64,000 nt of DNA, taken from NCBI GenBank assembly GCA_965228735.1, contig OZ245838.1:544001-608000 (forward strand), given 5' to 3'. This document shows positions 20,877 to 31,436 of the stretch, in pieces (the stretch's first letter is position 1; each line of letters opens with the position of its first letter). A program made the position numbers and the translations under genes. Below the pieces are notes generated by a model. The model was not told the DNA's origin. It searched no databases and saw nothing but the letters and a program-made list of their open reading frames with translations. This DNA is from Planctomycetota bacterium. Lineage in GTDB: Bacteria > Planctomycetota > UBA1135 > UBA2386.

Positions 20877-21157
20877 GCGTCTGACGGTCCGGGGGCAGGT
20901 GAGGGCGATCGCGGTCGGACGCGGTCAAGTCAAGACAATAGCACGACCTGCGATCACCAAGATGAACCGACTTGTGATGAGGATGGGGACACCTGAGGGC
21001 ATGCGCGGGGCGAATTGTCGGCACTAAACTGGCACACGAGACGGCGTGGGTCGCTCCATGGAGGTTCCCTTGTTCGCCCACCTCTGGCACGCCGCGGTTG
21101 CGGTGAGGCAAGGCCCAGGGGCAACTGAGCGTGGAACTCCGCCGCGCGGCTACTTCG

Positions 21158-21520
21158 CTACTTCCCCTTCTCCGGTTGCTTGACCGGGGGTGGCGCGGGC
21201 TTCTTACTGAGTGCCTTCAGGCGCGCGAGGAACGGTTTGGCCTCCTCGAACTTCCGCAGCTTGTCGACGACCAACCCCTCGGTGCTGATGAAGAACACAT
21301 CGGGGATACCCTTTACTCCGAAGGCCTTGGCAAGCTCCGGGTTCTTGTCGAGGTCTTACGAGTATGAGCTCGACACCGTCGAGGGCTTTTGCGACCTCTG
21401 TCTCCGCCAGCGTGATCTTCTTTAGCTGCTTGCACGGTCCACACCACTCAGCCCAGAAGTCGATCACGATCGGCTTGCCGGCCGCGCGCGCCTTGGTGAT
21501 GGCGGTCGTGAAGAACTCCG
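21158..21520 (-). pseudogene. Thioredoxin-family protein, frameshifted and apparently 5'-truncated
   Basis: IVIDFWAEWCGPCKQL; an extra A near 21356 shifts to DLDKNPELAKAFGVKGIPDVFFI...EKGK*. Confidence 0.75.
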
Positions 21521-21628
21521 GGGGGCTTCGGAGCGGGCATCTGCTGCGGCTTGGGAGTCGGACTTCCGCTACGATAGGCCGAAATGTACTCAACTGTTGT
21601 CGGGAAGGTGCCCGATGCCTAAACTGAG

Positions 21629-22126
21629 ATGATGACCATGGGCTCCCACACGCAGCGCGCGGCGGCTTGGCTAAGCCTGCTGGTTGCCGTGTTCATCGCC
21701 CTGGTCCCGGCAAGTGGGGTGACGGTGTGCCTGGGCCATGATGGTCATCTTGGACTGGGCGTCGGTGTGCCATCGGTCGGAACCGGTGACTCCGTGACTC
21801 CGTGCCCTTGCCAGCACGACACGGCGCATTCGATGACGGCGCATTCTGCGCCGTCACAGGTAGTTGATGCAGAGCACCCACCGTGCGATGACCTGGTTCT
21901 TGACTGTTCGGAGGTAGTCAGGGAGTCCAGTTCCGGTTCGCCGCTTGCAGCGGCGATAGGAGACCTGGACGGGCATGATCTGCCGCCGTTGCCGTCAACG
22001 AGATGGGGGCGTGGAGGCCTCTGGCCTGACCGCGACTGCGTGCTGGTGGAGTCGTGGGTAGACGCCGCACGTCACAGACCGAGCCAGCAGCTTGAGCTGC
22101 GGCGGTCTGTCGTCCTTCTGATCTGA
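21629..22126 (+). CDS. Cys/His-rich exported protein leading the RND operon
   Basis: Signal/TM segment, CLGHDGH, CPC, PPCDD, C-terminal RSVVLLI. Confidence 0.7.
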   Translation: MMTMGSHTQRAAAWLSLLVAVFIALVPASGVTVCLGHDGHLGLGVGVPSVGTGDSVTPCPCQHDTAHSMTAHSAPSQVVDAEHPPCDDLVLDCSEVVRESSSGSPLAAAIGDLDGHDLPPLPSTRWGRGGLWPDRDCVLVESWVDAARHRPSQQLELRRSVVLLI

Positions 22127-22191
22127 GTTCTCCTGAGTTCCATGAGTGCGCCGCCATGTCGGTGGCGTCTTGAGAACCTCAGGAGGACAGT

Positions 22192-23649
22192 TTGGAATCA
22201 CGAAGTAAATCCGTCCCAAGGGCGGTGCAGAACATCACATCACCGAGGCGCGTTGCGCTCTCGGTAGGGCTCGCATTCACGTTGTCGGGTTGCGCTACGC
22301 AATCCTACGAACCCGACCCTATTCTCCGGGAAGAACTCGTTGTCCTCTCGAACGAGCGGGAGGGTCCGTCGGCCGATGCGAAGCCGGGAAAGCTGACTCT
22401 TTCCAGGGCAGCTCAGTGGCTCCGCGAGCGTGGTCCCCGAGTGCAAGAAGCAATAGCTCGCTATCGCACAGCTGCTGCCAAGGCTAGGGTCTCGACACCG
22501 TGGCCGAACCCTGGGATCTACGCGGGACCCGAGTTTGGCTTCGGGCGGGAAGACCCGATCAACAAAGTCGTTCCCTTCGGCGGGCTCACGCTCACGATTC
22601 CAATCAGTGGGCGACTGGGAAGGCAGGACGACGTGAACGCGGCTCTGGCAGGGGCGGCTCGCGCCGAAGCGCTCGCGACCTTCAGGGAACTCTATCTGGA
22701 TCTTCGCGCGGCCTACGTTCGCCTTGCCGTTGCCGAGAAACGCGCGTTGGTGCGTGAGTCCGTGCTGGGGGCTGCTCGAGCCTCGTTGACTGTCGTCAAC
22801 GACCTGGTCGTTGCCGGTGGTGCGACAGCGCTCGATGTCTCCCTATTTCAGCTCGAGCATGCTCGGGAATGCAGTCGCGTGCTTGGAGCTCGATTGGACC
22901 GAGTCAATGCTGCGGCCGATATGTCGCAGCTTGTGGCCATCCGTGCATCGCGATTGGGAGTGCTGCCCGAGCAGGCATTGCCCGAGCTTCCTGCACAGGT
23001 TCCGGGCGCCGAGGATTTGCATGAGTTGGTTGTGAACGAGCACCCACGCCTGTTCCGTATTCGCGCTGAGTACGAGGTCGCTGAACGCCAGCTGCATCTT
23101 GAGGTGGTCAGGCAATACCCTGATCTTGTCTTTGGGCCATCCATCGGGGGAGAGACAGGTGAGCGGGGCACGATCCTCGGTCTGAGCCTGGGCATAGAAC
23201 TCCCAATCTTCGACCGCAACCAGCAAGCGATTGCCCAGGCCCGCAAGCTCCGAGAAGAGACTCGTACACGTTATGAAAGCGAGGCACATCGGGTCTTGAA
23301 CGCAGTCGAACGCGCGCGCGCAACTGTCGAACTCGCATCGGCACAGCACCGAATTCTCCGTGACGAGGTGCTTCCGGCCGCGCAGACCAACGTCAGAATT
23401 GCGGAGCAATCACTCGCTGCTGGCGCCGCCGGTGCACTTCAGTTGATTGACGCCGAACGCAGCCTTCGACAGGTGCAAGTCGAAGTCCTCGAGGCTCGGC
23501 TTGCGCAGCACTTGGCGTGGTCGGACCTCGAGAAGGCAGTCGGAATGCCTCTAGTCCGATTCGGTTCGGACCCTGAAGCAGGCGGTCGTACGCCGCCAAG
23601 AGAGCTCATCAAAGACAACGCAAGCGAAGAACAAGGAGTAGAGAGATGA
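22192..23649 (+). CDS. TolC-family outer-membrane factor (CzcC-like lipoprotein)
   Basis: Lipobox LSGC, PNP, IELPIFDRNQ; AGGAGG RBS before TTG. Confidence 0.88.
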   Translation: MESRSKSVPRAVQNITSPRRVALSVGLAFTLSGCATQSYEPDPILREELVVLSNEREGPSADAKPGKLTLSRAAQWLRERGPRVQEAIARYRTAAAKARVSTPWPNPGIYAGPEFGFGREDPINKVVPFGGLTLTIPISGRLGRQDDVNAALAGAARAEALATFRELYLDLRAAYVRLAVAEKRALVRESVLGAARASLTVVNDLVVAGGATALDVSLFQLEHARECSRVLGARLDRVNAAADMSQLVAIRASRLGVLPEQALPELPAQVPGAEDLHELVVNEHPRLFRIRAEYEVAERQLHLEVVRQYPDLVFGPSIGGETGERGTILGLSLGIELPIFDRNQQAIAQARKLREETRTRYESEAHRVLNAVERARATVELASAQHRILRDEVLPAAQTNVRIAEQSLAAGAAGALQLIDAERSLRQVQVEVLEARLAQHLAWSDLEKAVGMPLVRFGSDPEAGGRTPPRELIKDNASEEQGVER

Positions 23650-25271
23650 GAAAGCACAGGTGGGAGATCACCGTTGTGGCCGCCTTGTGCACCGTCGCAG
23701 GGCTCCTTACTGGCGGAATGGTAGCTGGAGGTGACGCGGCAAAGCCGGCAGAAGATGCGGGCGCCGCAAGTCACGGGCCGCATCTTCCGGCTGCAACGAT
23801 TACGAACCTAGGGATTCGTATCGAGGAGGTTGAGCCGTCGACCTACTTTCGCAAGGCCTCCGTTGCGGCCGTGATCGTCGATACGCCCTCCACCGAGCAG
23901 CCGGTGTTTGCACCGATTGGTGGCCGCGTCGAGAGCATCGAGGTGGAACCCGGTACTATCGTGGCCCCGGAGAAAACAGTGGTCACGTTGGTGCGTGATC
24001 CTCTTCCCCGTCCAACGCTAACGCTGACCGCCGATGTGCTGCGCCCGGCCCAAGAGCGTCTGCATGAGAACGTGTTGCTTCTGCGCAAGTCTGCTGAGGA
24101 CGTGCGCATCGCAAGCACAGAGCTCAAGCGCGTGGAGAAGTTCACCGGCAACGTCGGGGGGCGTGAGCTTCCCATTCTCCCGCGGCAGCGCGCTATCGAT
24201 CTGCGCTACCAGCTCTCGAGATCGACGAAAGAACACGAACAGGCTCGGCTGGAGCTTCAGAAGCACGGGCTCTCGGACGAGCAGATTCGCGATGTTGAGG
24301 GAGGGGCGACTCTGCCCGAGTTCACGGAAGAGACTTGGCAGCGTGCGCTAGCGAGGAACGGGCTCTGGCCCGCGGCGGCGCAGAAGCTGAACGCAGTTCT
24401 TCCGGAAGCGATTCGCGAACTACCTTGGGCAACTGCAACTGTCGGTGAACTCGCCGCGAGCGGTCTTGCGACCGATGAGCTCACGGAGTGGGTCAAGTCA
24501 GAAGACGTTGCCCAACACTTTCTCGACATCGGCGTGTTGTTGCAGCGTGGACACACACTTGCTGACCTCAAGCGACTCCACAAACTCAACGCTTTGGAGC
24601 CTGTCGTTCGTGTCGAAGCCCCGACCAACGACGGGACGTGGGACGTCCTCGATGTGCAGGTGAAGCGCGGAGCAAAGGTCAGCGAAGGTCAAGCGCTGAT
24701 CGTCCTGCGAGACCCGCGGCGTCTGCTGTTGCGCACTGAACCCGTTGGAGGAGAAGTGGCGTCGGTGCTTGCTGCGGCAGGAGATGGCCACAGCATCACT
24801 GCGACGCCACTCGTAAAGGGGTCCGGGCCCGTCCTCGAGGGGCTTCGGATCAGCTACGTCGAGAGCTCCACCAAGAACGAGGGCACACTCGCTTTCGTTG
24901 AGGTCGCTAACACACCGCAGTCTGAGATCGACCGCGGCGGCGGTCGGAAATCTCGCACGTGGAAGCTGCGCGAGGGGCTGCGCTATCTGCTGAACGTGCC
25001 CACGCAGAAGATGGAGAACGTGTACGTGCTACCTGCTTCGGCTGTAACTGAAGACGGGCCGAACAAGGTTGTCTTCCTCCAAGACGGCGACAGCTTCAAG
25101 CCGGTGCCGATTGTCGTGGCGTACCAGGATCACGAAGTCGTGGTTGTTCCAGCCTCGAAGGAAGTCGCGCTGTTCCCGGGCGATCCTGTGGTGATGTCCG
25201 GAGCGTTCGAGCTCGGGCTCGCCATGAAGAGCGGCGATGCGGTCGACGCTCATGCGGGTCACAACCACTAG
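23646..25271 (+). CDS. RND membrane-fusion/periplasmic adaptor protein
   Basis: APIGGRVESIEVEPG, VLPASAV, C-terminal HAGHNH; lies between OMF and RND genes. Confidence 0.85.
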   Translation: MRKHRWEITVVAALCTVAGLLTGGMVAGGDAAKPAEDAGAASHGPHLPAATITNLGIRIEEVEPSTYFRKASVAAVIVDTPSTEQPVFAPIGGRVESIEVEPGTIVAPEKTVVTLVRDPLPRPTLTLTADVLRPAQERLHENVLLLRKSAEDVRIASTELKRVEKFTGNVGGRELPILPRQRAIDLRYQLSRSTKEHEQARLELQKHGLSDEQIRDVEGGATLPEFTEETWQRALARNGLWPAAAQKLNAVLPEAIRELPWATATVGELAASGLATDELTEWVKSEDVAQHFLDIGVLLQRGHTLADLKRLHKLNALEPVVRVEAPTNDGTWDVLDVQVKRGAKVSEGQALIVLRDPRRLLLRTEPVGGEVASVLAAAGDGHSITATPLVKGSGPVLEGLRISYVESSTKNEGTLAFVEVANTPQSEIDRGGGRKSRTWKLREGLRYLLNVPTQKMENVYVLPASAVTEDGPNKVVFLQDGDSFKPVPIVVAYQDHEVVVVPASKEVALFPGDPVVMSGAFELGLAMKSGDAVDAHAGHNH

Positions 25272-25283
25272 GAGGGATGGCAG

Positions 25284-28200
25284 ATGCTGAATCGAATCAT
25301 CGCAGCGGCTTTGGCCAATCGCGCCATCGTACTTCTCTTTGCTCTGTTGGTTGGCGGGTATGGGTTGTTCAAGGCCGCGAATACGCCGATCGACGTGCTT
25401 CCAGACCTGAATCGACCAATCGTCACGGTCATGACGGAAGCCCACGGCATGGTGCCCGAGGACGTGGAGCGGCTCGTCACTTGGCCCATCGAACAGGTGA
25501 TGAACGGTGCCACGGGGGTGTTCCGAGTACGCTCTGCAAGTGGGCTCGGTCTCTCCGTTGTCTACGTCGAGTTCGACTGGGGAACCGATATCTACCTGGA
25601 CCGGCAGATCGTTGCCGAGAAACTCCAGAGTGCGGTACCGGCATTGCCGCCCGACGTCCAGCCGATCCTCGCCCCGATCAGCAGCATCATGGGGCAGGTG
25701 CAGATGATCGGGTTTCAGAGCAAGACCGGGGAGACCGACATCCTCGAGCTGCGCCGCACGATCGACCGAGACGTTCGACCTCGGATCTTGTCCCTCTCAG
25801 GTATCGCGCAGGTCATCACTATTGGCGGCCAGCCATCGGAGCTGCAGGTCGTCGTCGACGCAGACAAGCTCCGTGTGTTCGACGTAACCCTGCAGGAAGT
25901 CGCGAAAGCCACGGAGGGTGCGAACATCAATGTGGCAGGCGGCTTCCTTAACATTGGTGCAAAGGGACCCCTCGTGGCTGTCTCGGGCCTCCTGGAGAAA
26001 CCCGAGGAGCTGACCGGAGCCGTAGTGCGAGAAGACCCGGTTCGCCCGATTCGGATCGAAGACGTTGCGGATGTCGTCTTCGGACCTGCGGCAATTCCGA
26101 CGGGCACTGCCGGGATCAACGGAGAGCCAGGCATCGTGATGGTGATCATGAAGCAGCCTGGTATCGACACTCTGGCACTGACCGAGCGTGTCAACGCAGA
26201 GCTGCGGCAGATTCAGCGAGAGCTACCGAAGGACGTCGTCGTGGACGACGGAGTGTTTCAGCAAGCCGCATTCATCGAGCGCGCCATCGACAACGTGCTC
26301 GAGGCGGTGCGGGACGGTGCCATCCTCGTCGTCATCATTCTGTTCCTGTTCCTGCTGAACTTCCGGACAACGTTCATCACGCTCTCCGCGATTCCGCTCT
26401 CTGTCGCGATCGCCTCACTCGTCTTCGCCGCATTCGGGCTGACGATCAACACGATGACCCTCGGTGGTCTCGCCGTGGCCATCGGGACACTCGTCGACGA
26501 CGCAATCGTCGACGTGGAGAATGTGTTTCGGCGTCTGCACGAGAACTCGCGCAGGGAGCGCAAGGAACCCGTGCTCTGGATTCTGTTCGTGGCATCGAGC
26601 GAGGTTCGCAAGCCCGTCATGTACGGCACCCTTCTCGTGACAGTCGTCTACCTGCCCCTGTTCTTCTTGAGTGGCATCGAGGGAAGGCTCTTCGCTCCAA
26701 TCGGGCTTGCTTACATTATCAGCGTGTTCGCGTCGACCCTCGTGGCCCTGACGGTCACGCCCGTGCTTTGCTACTACCTCCTGGGGCGACGCGCACAGCA
26801 AGCTTCCGAAGAGAGATACGGCGGCTGGTTGGTCACGCGCTTGCGTGCTGCCGCGGCCTCTGGTGTGCACGTCAGCACCCGACACGTGGAACGCATCCTT
26901 GCGGTATGCGTCGTTGCGTTCCTGATCGTCGGAACTCTGTTGATGAACACAGGGTCGACGTTCTTGCCGCCGTTCAACGAAGGAACGGCCCAGGTGAACA
27001 TCGTGCTTCCTCCCGATGCGAGCTTGAAAACGTCTGACCGATTCGGCCGCCGCATGGAGGATCTGATCAAAGACATCGAGGGCGTCGGCAGCGTGGCTCG
27101 AAGAACCGGTCGGGCTCCGCAGGATGAGCACGCGATGCCGGTCAGTGTGAGCGAAGCAATCGTGAACTTCGACCCGAACTCGACTCGGTCTCGAGAGGAG
27201 GTCATCGAAGAGATTCGCGACAAGATGTCCTACGAGTTCCCGGGCGTGGCGTATTCAGCAGAGCAACCGCTCGCTCACTTGCTAAGCCACCTACTTTCGG
27301 GCGTCACGGCGCAGGTCGCGATCAAAATCGCCGGCCCGGACCTTGACGTTCTTCGGGACACAGCGGCCGAGGTCGAAGCCAAGGTCAAGGCGATCGATGG
27401 GGTTCGGGACCTCTACACCGAGCCACAAGTGCTCATCGATCAAGTGGAGGTCAAGCCGCGGCGTACCGAGCTCGCGCGCCAAGGCATCGGTGTCGACACA
27501 CTAGCGGAGACTGTCGAACTTGCCATGGGAGGTCAGGAGGTCTCCCGACTGCAGGTCGGCCAGATCGCCTACCCGATCAAGGTGCGTTTGCGAGAGGAGG
27601 ACCGACAGAACCTCTCCCAACTGGCAGGCCTCTACTTGCGGCGCGGAGACGCGTCGTTGGTCCGAATCGCCGACGTTGCCGATGTCCGGGTGTCGAAGAC
27701 TCCGAACAACATCAACCGAGAGAATGTGCAGCGCCGGATCGTGGTCCAGCACAACGTAGGAGGGCGCTCACTGGGCGAGGTCGTCACCGAGGTCACCGCG
27801 GCGCTGGAGCCTGTACGCGAGAAGCTCGCGGCCATGTCCGGCTACACAATTCGAATCAGCGGTCAGTTCGAGGCACAGCAAGAGGCGACGCAACTGATCA
27901 TGTCGCTGAGCGCGCTGTCGATCGTTTTGATGGTGCTGATTCTCTACATGCACTTCCGGTCCATGCGGCTAGCGATGCTTGTGCTGCTTACTCGACCAGT
28001 GGCGTTCATCGGCGCTGGTGCATATGTGGTGCTGAGCGGGCAAGTGATGTCGGTTGCGACGCTCGTTGGCTTCATCGCCTTGCTCGGCGTAGCCGCTCGA
28101 AACGCAATCCTGCTAGTCGATCACTACATGCACTTGATGCGTGAGGAGGGCGAGTCGTTCTCCATAGAGATGCTTGTGCGCGCTGGACAGGAACGAATCG

Positions 28201-28529
28201 TACCCGTGCTGATGACCGCGCTCACAAGCGGCATCGGCCTCGTACCGCTAGCACTTGCTGCCGATCAACCTGGCCGAGAACTCCTGTACCCGGTGGCGAC
28301 CGTGATCATCGGCGGCCTCGTCACGAACACGCTACTCGACTTCTTGGTGATGCCTGGCCTGTTCTGGCGGTTTGGACGTGCAGAGGCTGAGAGGCTAGCC
28401 AGCGAGACCGTACGGGACGAAGACATCGAGCACATTCGTAAGCAACTCCTGCCTGACGAGCAGGAGGATGACCAATTGCAACCTGCGTTGGCCGGTGGGC
28501 CACGCCTAACCCCAGAAGGTGAAGACTGA
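25284..28529 (+). CDS. Heavy-metal efflux RND transporter (CzcA/CusA family)
   Basis: IDVLPDL, VDDAIVDVEN, RIVPVLMTA. Confidence 0.95.
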   Translation: MLNRIIAAALANRAIVLLFALLVGGYGLFKAANTPIDVLPDLNRPIVTVMTEAHGMVPEDVERLVTWPIEQVMNGATGVFRVRSASGLGLSVVYVEFDWGTDIYLDRQIVAEKLQSAVPALPPDVQPILAPISSIMGQVQMIGFQSKTGETDILELRRTIDRDVRPRILSLSGIAQVITIGGQPSELQVVVDADKLRVFDVTLQEVAKATEGANINVAGGFLNIGAKGPLVAVSGLLEKPEELTGAVVREDPVRPIRIEDVADVVFGPAAIPTGTAGINGEPGIVMVIMKQPGIDTLALTERVNAELRQIQRELPKDVVVDDGVFQQAAFIERAIDNVLEAVRDGAILVVIILFLFLLNFRTTFITLSAIPLSVAIASLVFAAFGLTINTMTLGGLAVAIGTLVDDAIVDVENVFRRLHENSRRERKEPVLWILFVASSEVRKPVMYGTLLVTVVYLPLFFLSGIEGRLFAPIGLAYIISVFASTLVALTVTPVLCYYLLGRRAQQASEERYGGWLVTRLRAAAASGVHVSTRHVERILAVCVVAFLIVGTLLMNTGSTFLPPFNEGTAQVNIVLPPDASLKTSDRFGRRMEDLIKDIEGVGSVARRTGRAPQDEHAMPVSVSEAIVNFDPNSTRSREEVIEEIRDKMSYEFPGVAYSAEQPLAHLLSHLLSGVTAQVAIKIAGPDLDVLRDTAAEVEAKVKAIDGVRDLYTEPQVLIDQVEVKPRRTELARQGIGVDTLAETVELAMGGQEVSRLQVGQIAYPIKVRLREEDRQNLSQLAGLYLRRGDASLVRIADVADVRVSKTPNNINRENVQRRIVVQHNVGGRSLGEVVTEVTAALEPVREKLAAMSGYTIRISGQFEAQQEATQLIMSLSALSIVLMVLILYMHFRSMRLAMLVLLTRPVAFIGAGAYVVLSGQVMSVATLVGFIALLGVAARNAILLVDHYMHLMREEGESFSIEMLVRAGQERIVPVLMTALTSGIGLVPLALAADQPGRELLYPVATVIIGGLVTNTLLDFLVMPGLFWRFGRAEAERLASETVRDEDIEHIRKQLLPDEQEDDQLQPALAGGPRLTPEGED

Positions 28530-28969
28530 TGATGAAGTTCGTTTCGATCGCACTCCCGATGCTGCTTGTCGTTGCATCTTGTTCCGACGAGAAGCACGAA
28601 GAAAAGCCAGGCAAGTCCGGTGTAGCTGCGCACGGCCACGAAGGCCCGCACGGTGGCCACCTTCTCGAGGTGGGTGACCATGTCGCGCATCTGGAAGTCA
28701 TGCACGACGAATCCGCGGGGAAGATGACCATCTACGTTCTTGGTCCGGACGCGAAGTCAGCCTTCACGGGCGCAAAAGCCCCGCAAGTCAAACTGACGAC
28801 GGACTCGGGACCCAAGGTGCTCTCGACAACTGCGGTCAGCGGTGAGGCCGGAGCCTTTGCCGTGACAGACCCTGCTCTGAAGGAACATGGCCCAGAGGGG
28901 CGGATCTCTATCGAGATTGGCGGGAAGAACTACAACCCCGCACTCGAGCACCACCACGAAGACCACTAG
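28529..28969 (+). CDS. His-rich lipoprotein
   Basis: Lipobox VASC, HGHEGPHGGHLLE, C-terminal HHHEDH. Confidence 0.85.
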   Translation: MMKFVSIALPMLLVVASCSDEKHEEKPGKSGVAAHGHEGPHGGHLLEVGDHVAHLEVMHDESAGKMTIYVLGPDAKSAFTGAKAPQVKLTTDSGPKVLSTTAVSGEAGAFAVTDPALKEHGPEGRISIEIGGKNYNPALEHHHEDH

Positions 28970-28995
28970 TGGGAGCCGGTGGATGAGGAGATGAC

Positions 28996-31413
28996 ATGAG
29001 CGCGAAACTACCGATATCTCTGGCCGTCGTGCTGCCAGATGTTGAGGAAGGACGCGATGCTTGTGTTCGTCGCCTGGAGGAGCTTCTGGAAGCGAAGAGC
29101 GGCGTCAGCAAAGTGCATCGCATCATCGAATGCGATGACGGCACTCCGGAGCGTCTGTGCGTGCACTTCGATCGTCGCCGGCTATCCGTGGCAGATGTCT
29201 GCGACTACGCACGGAGAGCGGGGCTAGAGCTCCACGAGCGGTATGGACACGTCGCCTCACGAGCGCCCTCGATGCATGCCCGCAAGGCCCGGCAGCTGAG
29301 CGAGAGTCTTCTGCGAGAACCAGGTGTCGTTGAAGCGTGTGTGTCTGCCGATGGCTCGGCCCGTGTCGAGTTCGAGCGAGAAGTCACGGATGAAGCAACC
29401 GTTCGCGCGCGTCTCGCCACACTCCTCGGAGACAAACCAGACGCTGTCCAAGAAGAACACGATCATGCACACGCTGGAGGAGGGAAGGTAGAGCTCGTCT
29501 TCGCTGCGCTATCGGGTGCATTTCTCCTTCTGGGCTGGCTGCTTCCGAAGGTTGCTGCAGTGCCACCGAGCTTAGTGCTCGGTGGGTTCATCGCGGCATA
29601 TGTGTTCGGTGGGACCTTCCCGCTCAGGGAGGCTGTTGCGAACCTTCGGCACGGGCGCTTCGAGATTGACTTCTTGATGCTCCTGGCCGCCGCTGGTGCG
29701 GCTGTTCTTGGCGAGTGGGCAGAGGGGGCGTTGCTGTTGTTCCTCTTCAGCCTCGGTCATGCACTCGAAAGCTATGCGATGCGCAGGGCAAAGAATGCGA
29801 TCGAGTCGCTCGCCGAACTTGCACCGGAGACGGCCTGGGTGAGAAGGAACGGCACTGTAGACAAGGTGCCAGTCGAGGAGCTACGCGTTGGAGACACCGT
29901 CCTCGTGAAGCCCAACGAGCGCTTTCCTGCAGACGGGTTCGTCACGAAGGGCGAAAGCAGCGTCAACCAGGCTCCGATCACCGGGGAAAGCGTGCCAATC
30001 GAGAAGCAGCCGGTCGAAGACCCGCGACGAGCACGAGAAAGACCAGGCGCGGTCGGCTCTGAGAGCAGAGTCTTCGCAGGGACCATCAATGGCAGTGGCG
30101 TTCTGGACGTCTACGTCTCCCAAGCGGCAACGGAGTCGACACTGGCTCGTGTCGTGCAGATGGTCAGTGAAGCAGAGACAAGCCGTTCACCGACGCAGAA
30201 GCTGACCGACCGTTTCGAGCGAGTCTTCGTCCCGGCTGTTCTTGGAATTGCCGTACTGATGCTCTTCGGCTGGGTGGTCGTTGAGGAGTCTTTCGCAAAG
30301 AGCTTCTACCGCGCGATGGCCGTGTTAGTGGCGGCAAGTCCGTGCGCGCTTGCCATCGCGACACCAAGTGCGGTGTTGAGTGCGGTAGCGCGGGCAGCGA
30401 GGGGAGGGGTTCTCGTGAAAGGCGGAGGTCCGCTTGAGAACCTTGGGCAAGTAAGCGCGATAGCCTTCGACAAGACTGGGACGCTGACGGAGGGGAAACC
30501 AAAGCTCGTCGACGTGCATCCAGCGTCAGGAGCGACACAGCAAGAGTTGCTACGCGTTGCAGTTGGGGTGGAGGCGCTGAGCGACCATCCACTTGCTGCT
30601 GCAGTTGAGCGAGATGGGATAGAACGGCTCGGTGCAACTACTCCGGCCACCGCCTCCGGACTGCAAAGCGTGACTGGCCGCGGGGTTCGCGCAGAGGTTG
30701 AGGGTCAAGAAGTGCTCATCGGCAAGGATGACTTGTTCGAGGAAGTCCCCGGCGCAGCACTTCCTGAAGAGCTGCAACAACGCGTGGCGGAACTTGAGGA
30801 GAATGGGCGAACCACGATGATCGTTCGGCACGGGGACCAGTACCTCGGTGTCCTCGGGCTGATGGACACGCCTCGCGAAGCTGCCAACCGAACGATCGAG
30901 AGACTGCGGGCCATCGGCGTCGGGCGGATGATCATGATCTCAGGTGACAACCAACAAGTTGCTGCAGCGATTGCTGAAACCGTTGGTCTGGATGACGCCA
31001 GGGGGGATCTAATGCCCGAAGACAAGGTGGAAGCTATCAAGATGCTTCGGTCAGAAGGACTTGTGGCCATGGTCGGCGACGGGGTCAACGACGCTCCGGC
31101 AATGGCTAGCGCGACGGTAGGAATCGCCATGGGAGCTGCAGGGTCGGATGTAGCTCTCGAGACGGCGGACGTGGCTCTGATGGCTGACGATCTTGAACGG
31201 CTTCCATTCGCGGTTGGGCTGAGTCGAGCCGCGAGCCGGGCGATCAAGCAGAATCTCTGGATGAGCCTCGGTGTCGTGGCTCTTCTGGTTCCGGCCACGA
31301 TTCTAGGCCTTGGGATTGGCCCGGCTGTTGTCGTCCACGAAGGGTCTACGTTGGTCGTTGTGCTCAACGCTCTGCGCCTACTGAGATTTGAAGACACCGC
31401 AAGCGTTGTCTGA
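28996..31413 (+). CDS. P1B-4-type heavy-metal ATPase (Zn/Co/Cd)
   Basis: TGES, SPC, DKTGT, HP, GDGVND, HEGST. Confidence 0.95.
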   Translation: MSAKLPISLAVVLPDVEEGRDACVRRLEELLEAKSGVSKVHRIIECDDGTPERLCVHFDRRRLSVADVCDYARRAGLELHERYGHVASRAPSMHARKARQLSESLLREPGVVEACVSADGSARVEFEREVTDEATVRARLATLLGDKPDAVQEEHDHAHAGGGKVELVFAALSGAFLLLGWLLPKVAAVPPSLVLGGFIAAYVFGGTFPLREAVANLRHGRFEIDFLMLLAAAGAAVLGEWAEGALLLFLFSLGHALESYAMRRAKNAIESLAELAPETAWVRRNGTVDKVPVEELRVGDTVLVKPNERFPADGFVTKGESSVNQAPITGESVPIEKQPVEDPRRARERPGAVGSESRVFAGTINGSGVLDVYVSQAATESTLARVVQMVSEAETSRSPTQKLTDRFERVFVPAVLGIAVLMLFGWVVVEESFAKSFYRAMAVLVAASPCALAIATPSAVLSAVARAARGGVLVKGGGPLENLGQVSAIAFDKTGTLTEGKPKLVDVHPASGATQQELLRVAVGVEALSDHPLAAAVERDGIERLGATTPATASGLQSVTGRGVRAEVEGQEVLIGKDDLFEEVPGAALPEELQQRVAELEENGRTTMIVRHGDQYLGVLGLMDTPREAANRTIERLRAIGVGRMIMISGDNQQVAAAIAETVGLDDARGDLMPEDKVEAIKMLRSEGLVAMVGDGVNDAPAMASATVGIAMGAAGSDVALETADVALMADDLERLPFAVGLSRAASRAIKQNLWMSLGVVALLVPATILGLGIGPAVVVHEGSTLVVVLNALRLLRFEDTASVV

Positions 31414-31436
31414 TTCGCCTTCTTCGACTCCCAGTC

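Noticed and set aside
20830..20910. Intact tRNA-Gly
   Set aside because: The 5' acceptor strand and D arm are absent and the anticodon stem is broken.
21084..21101. TGGCAC...TTGC sigma54-like sites near 21085 and 38935
   Set aside because: GG-to-GC spacing is not 10 nt.
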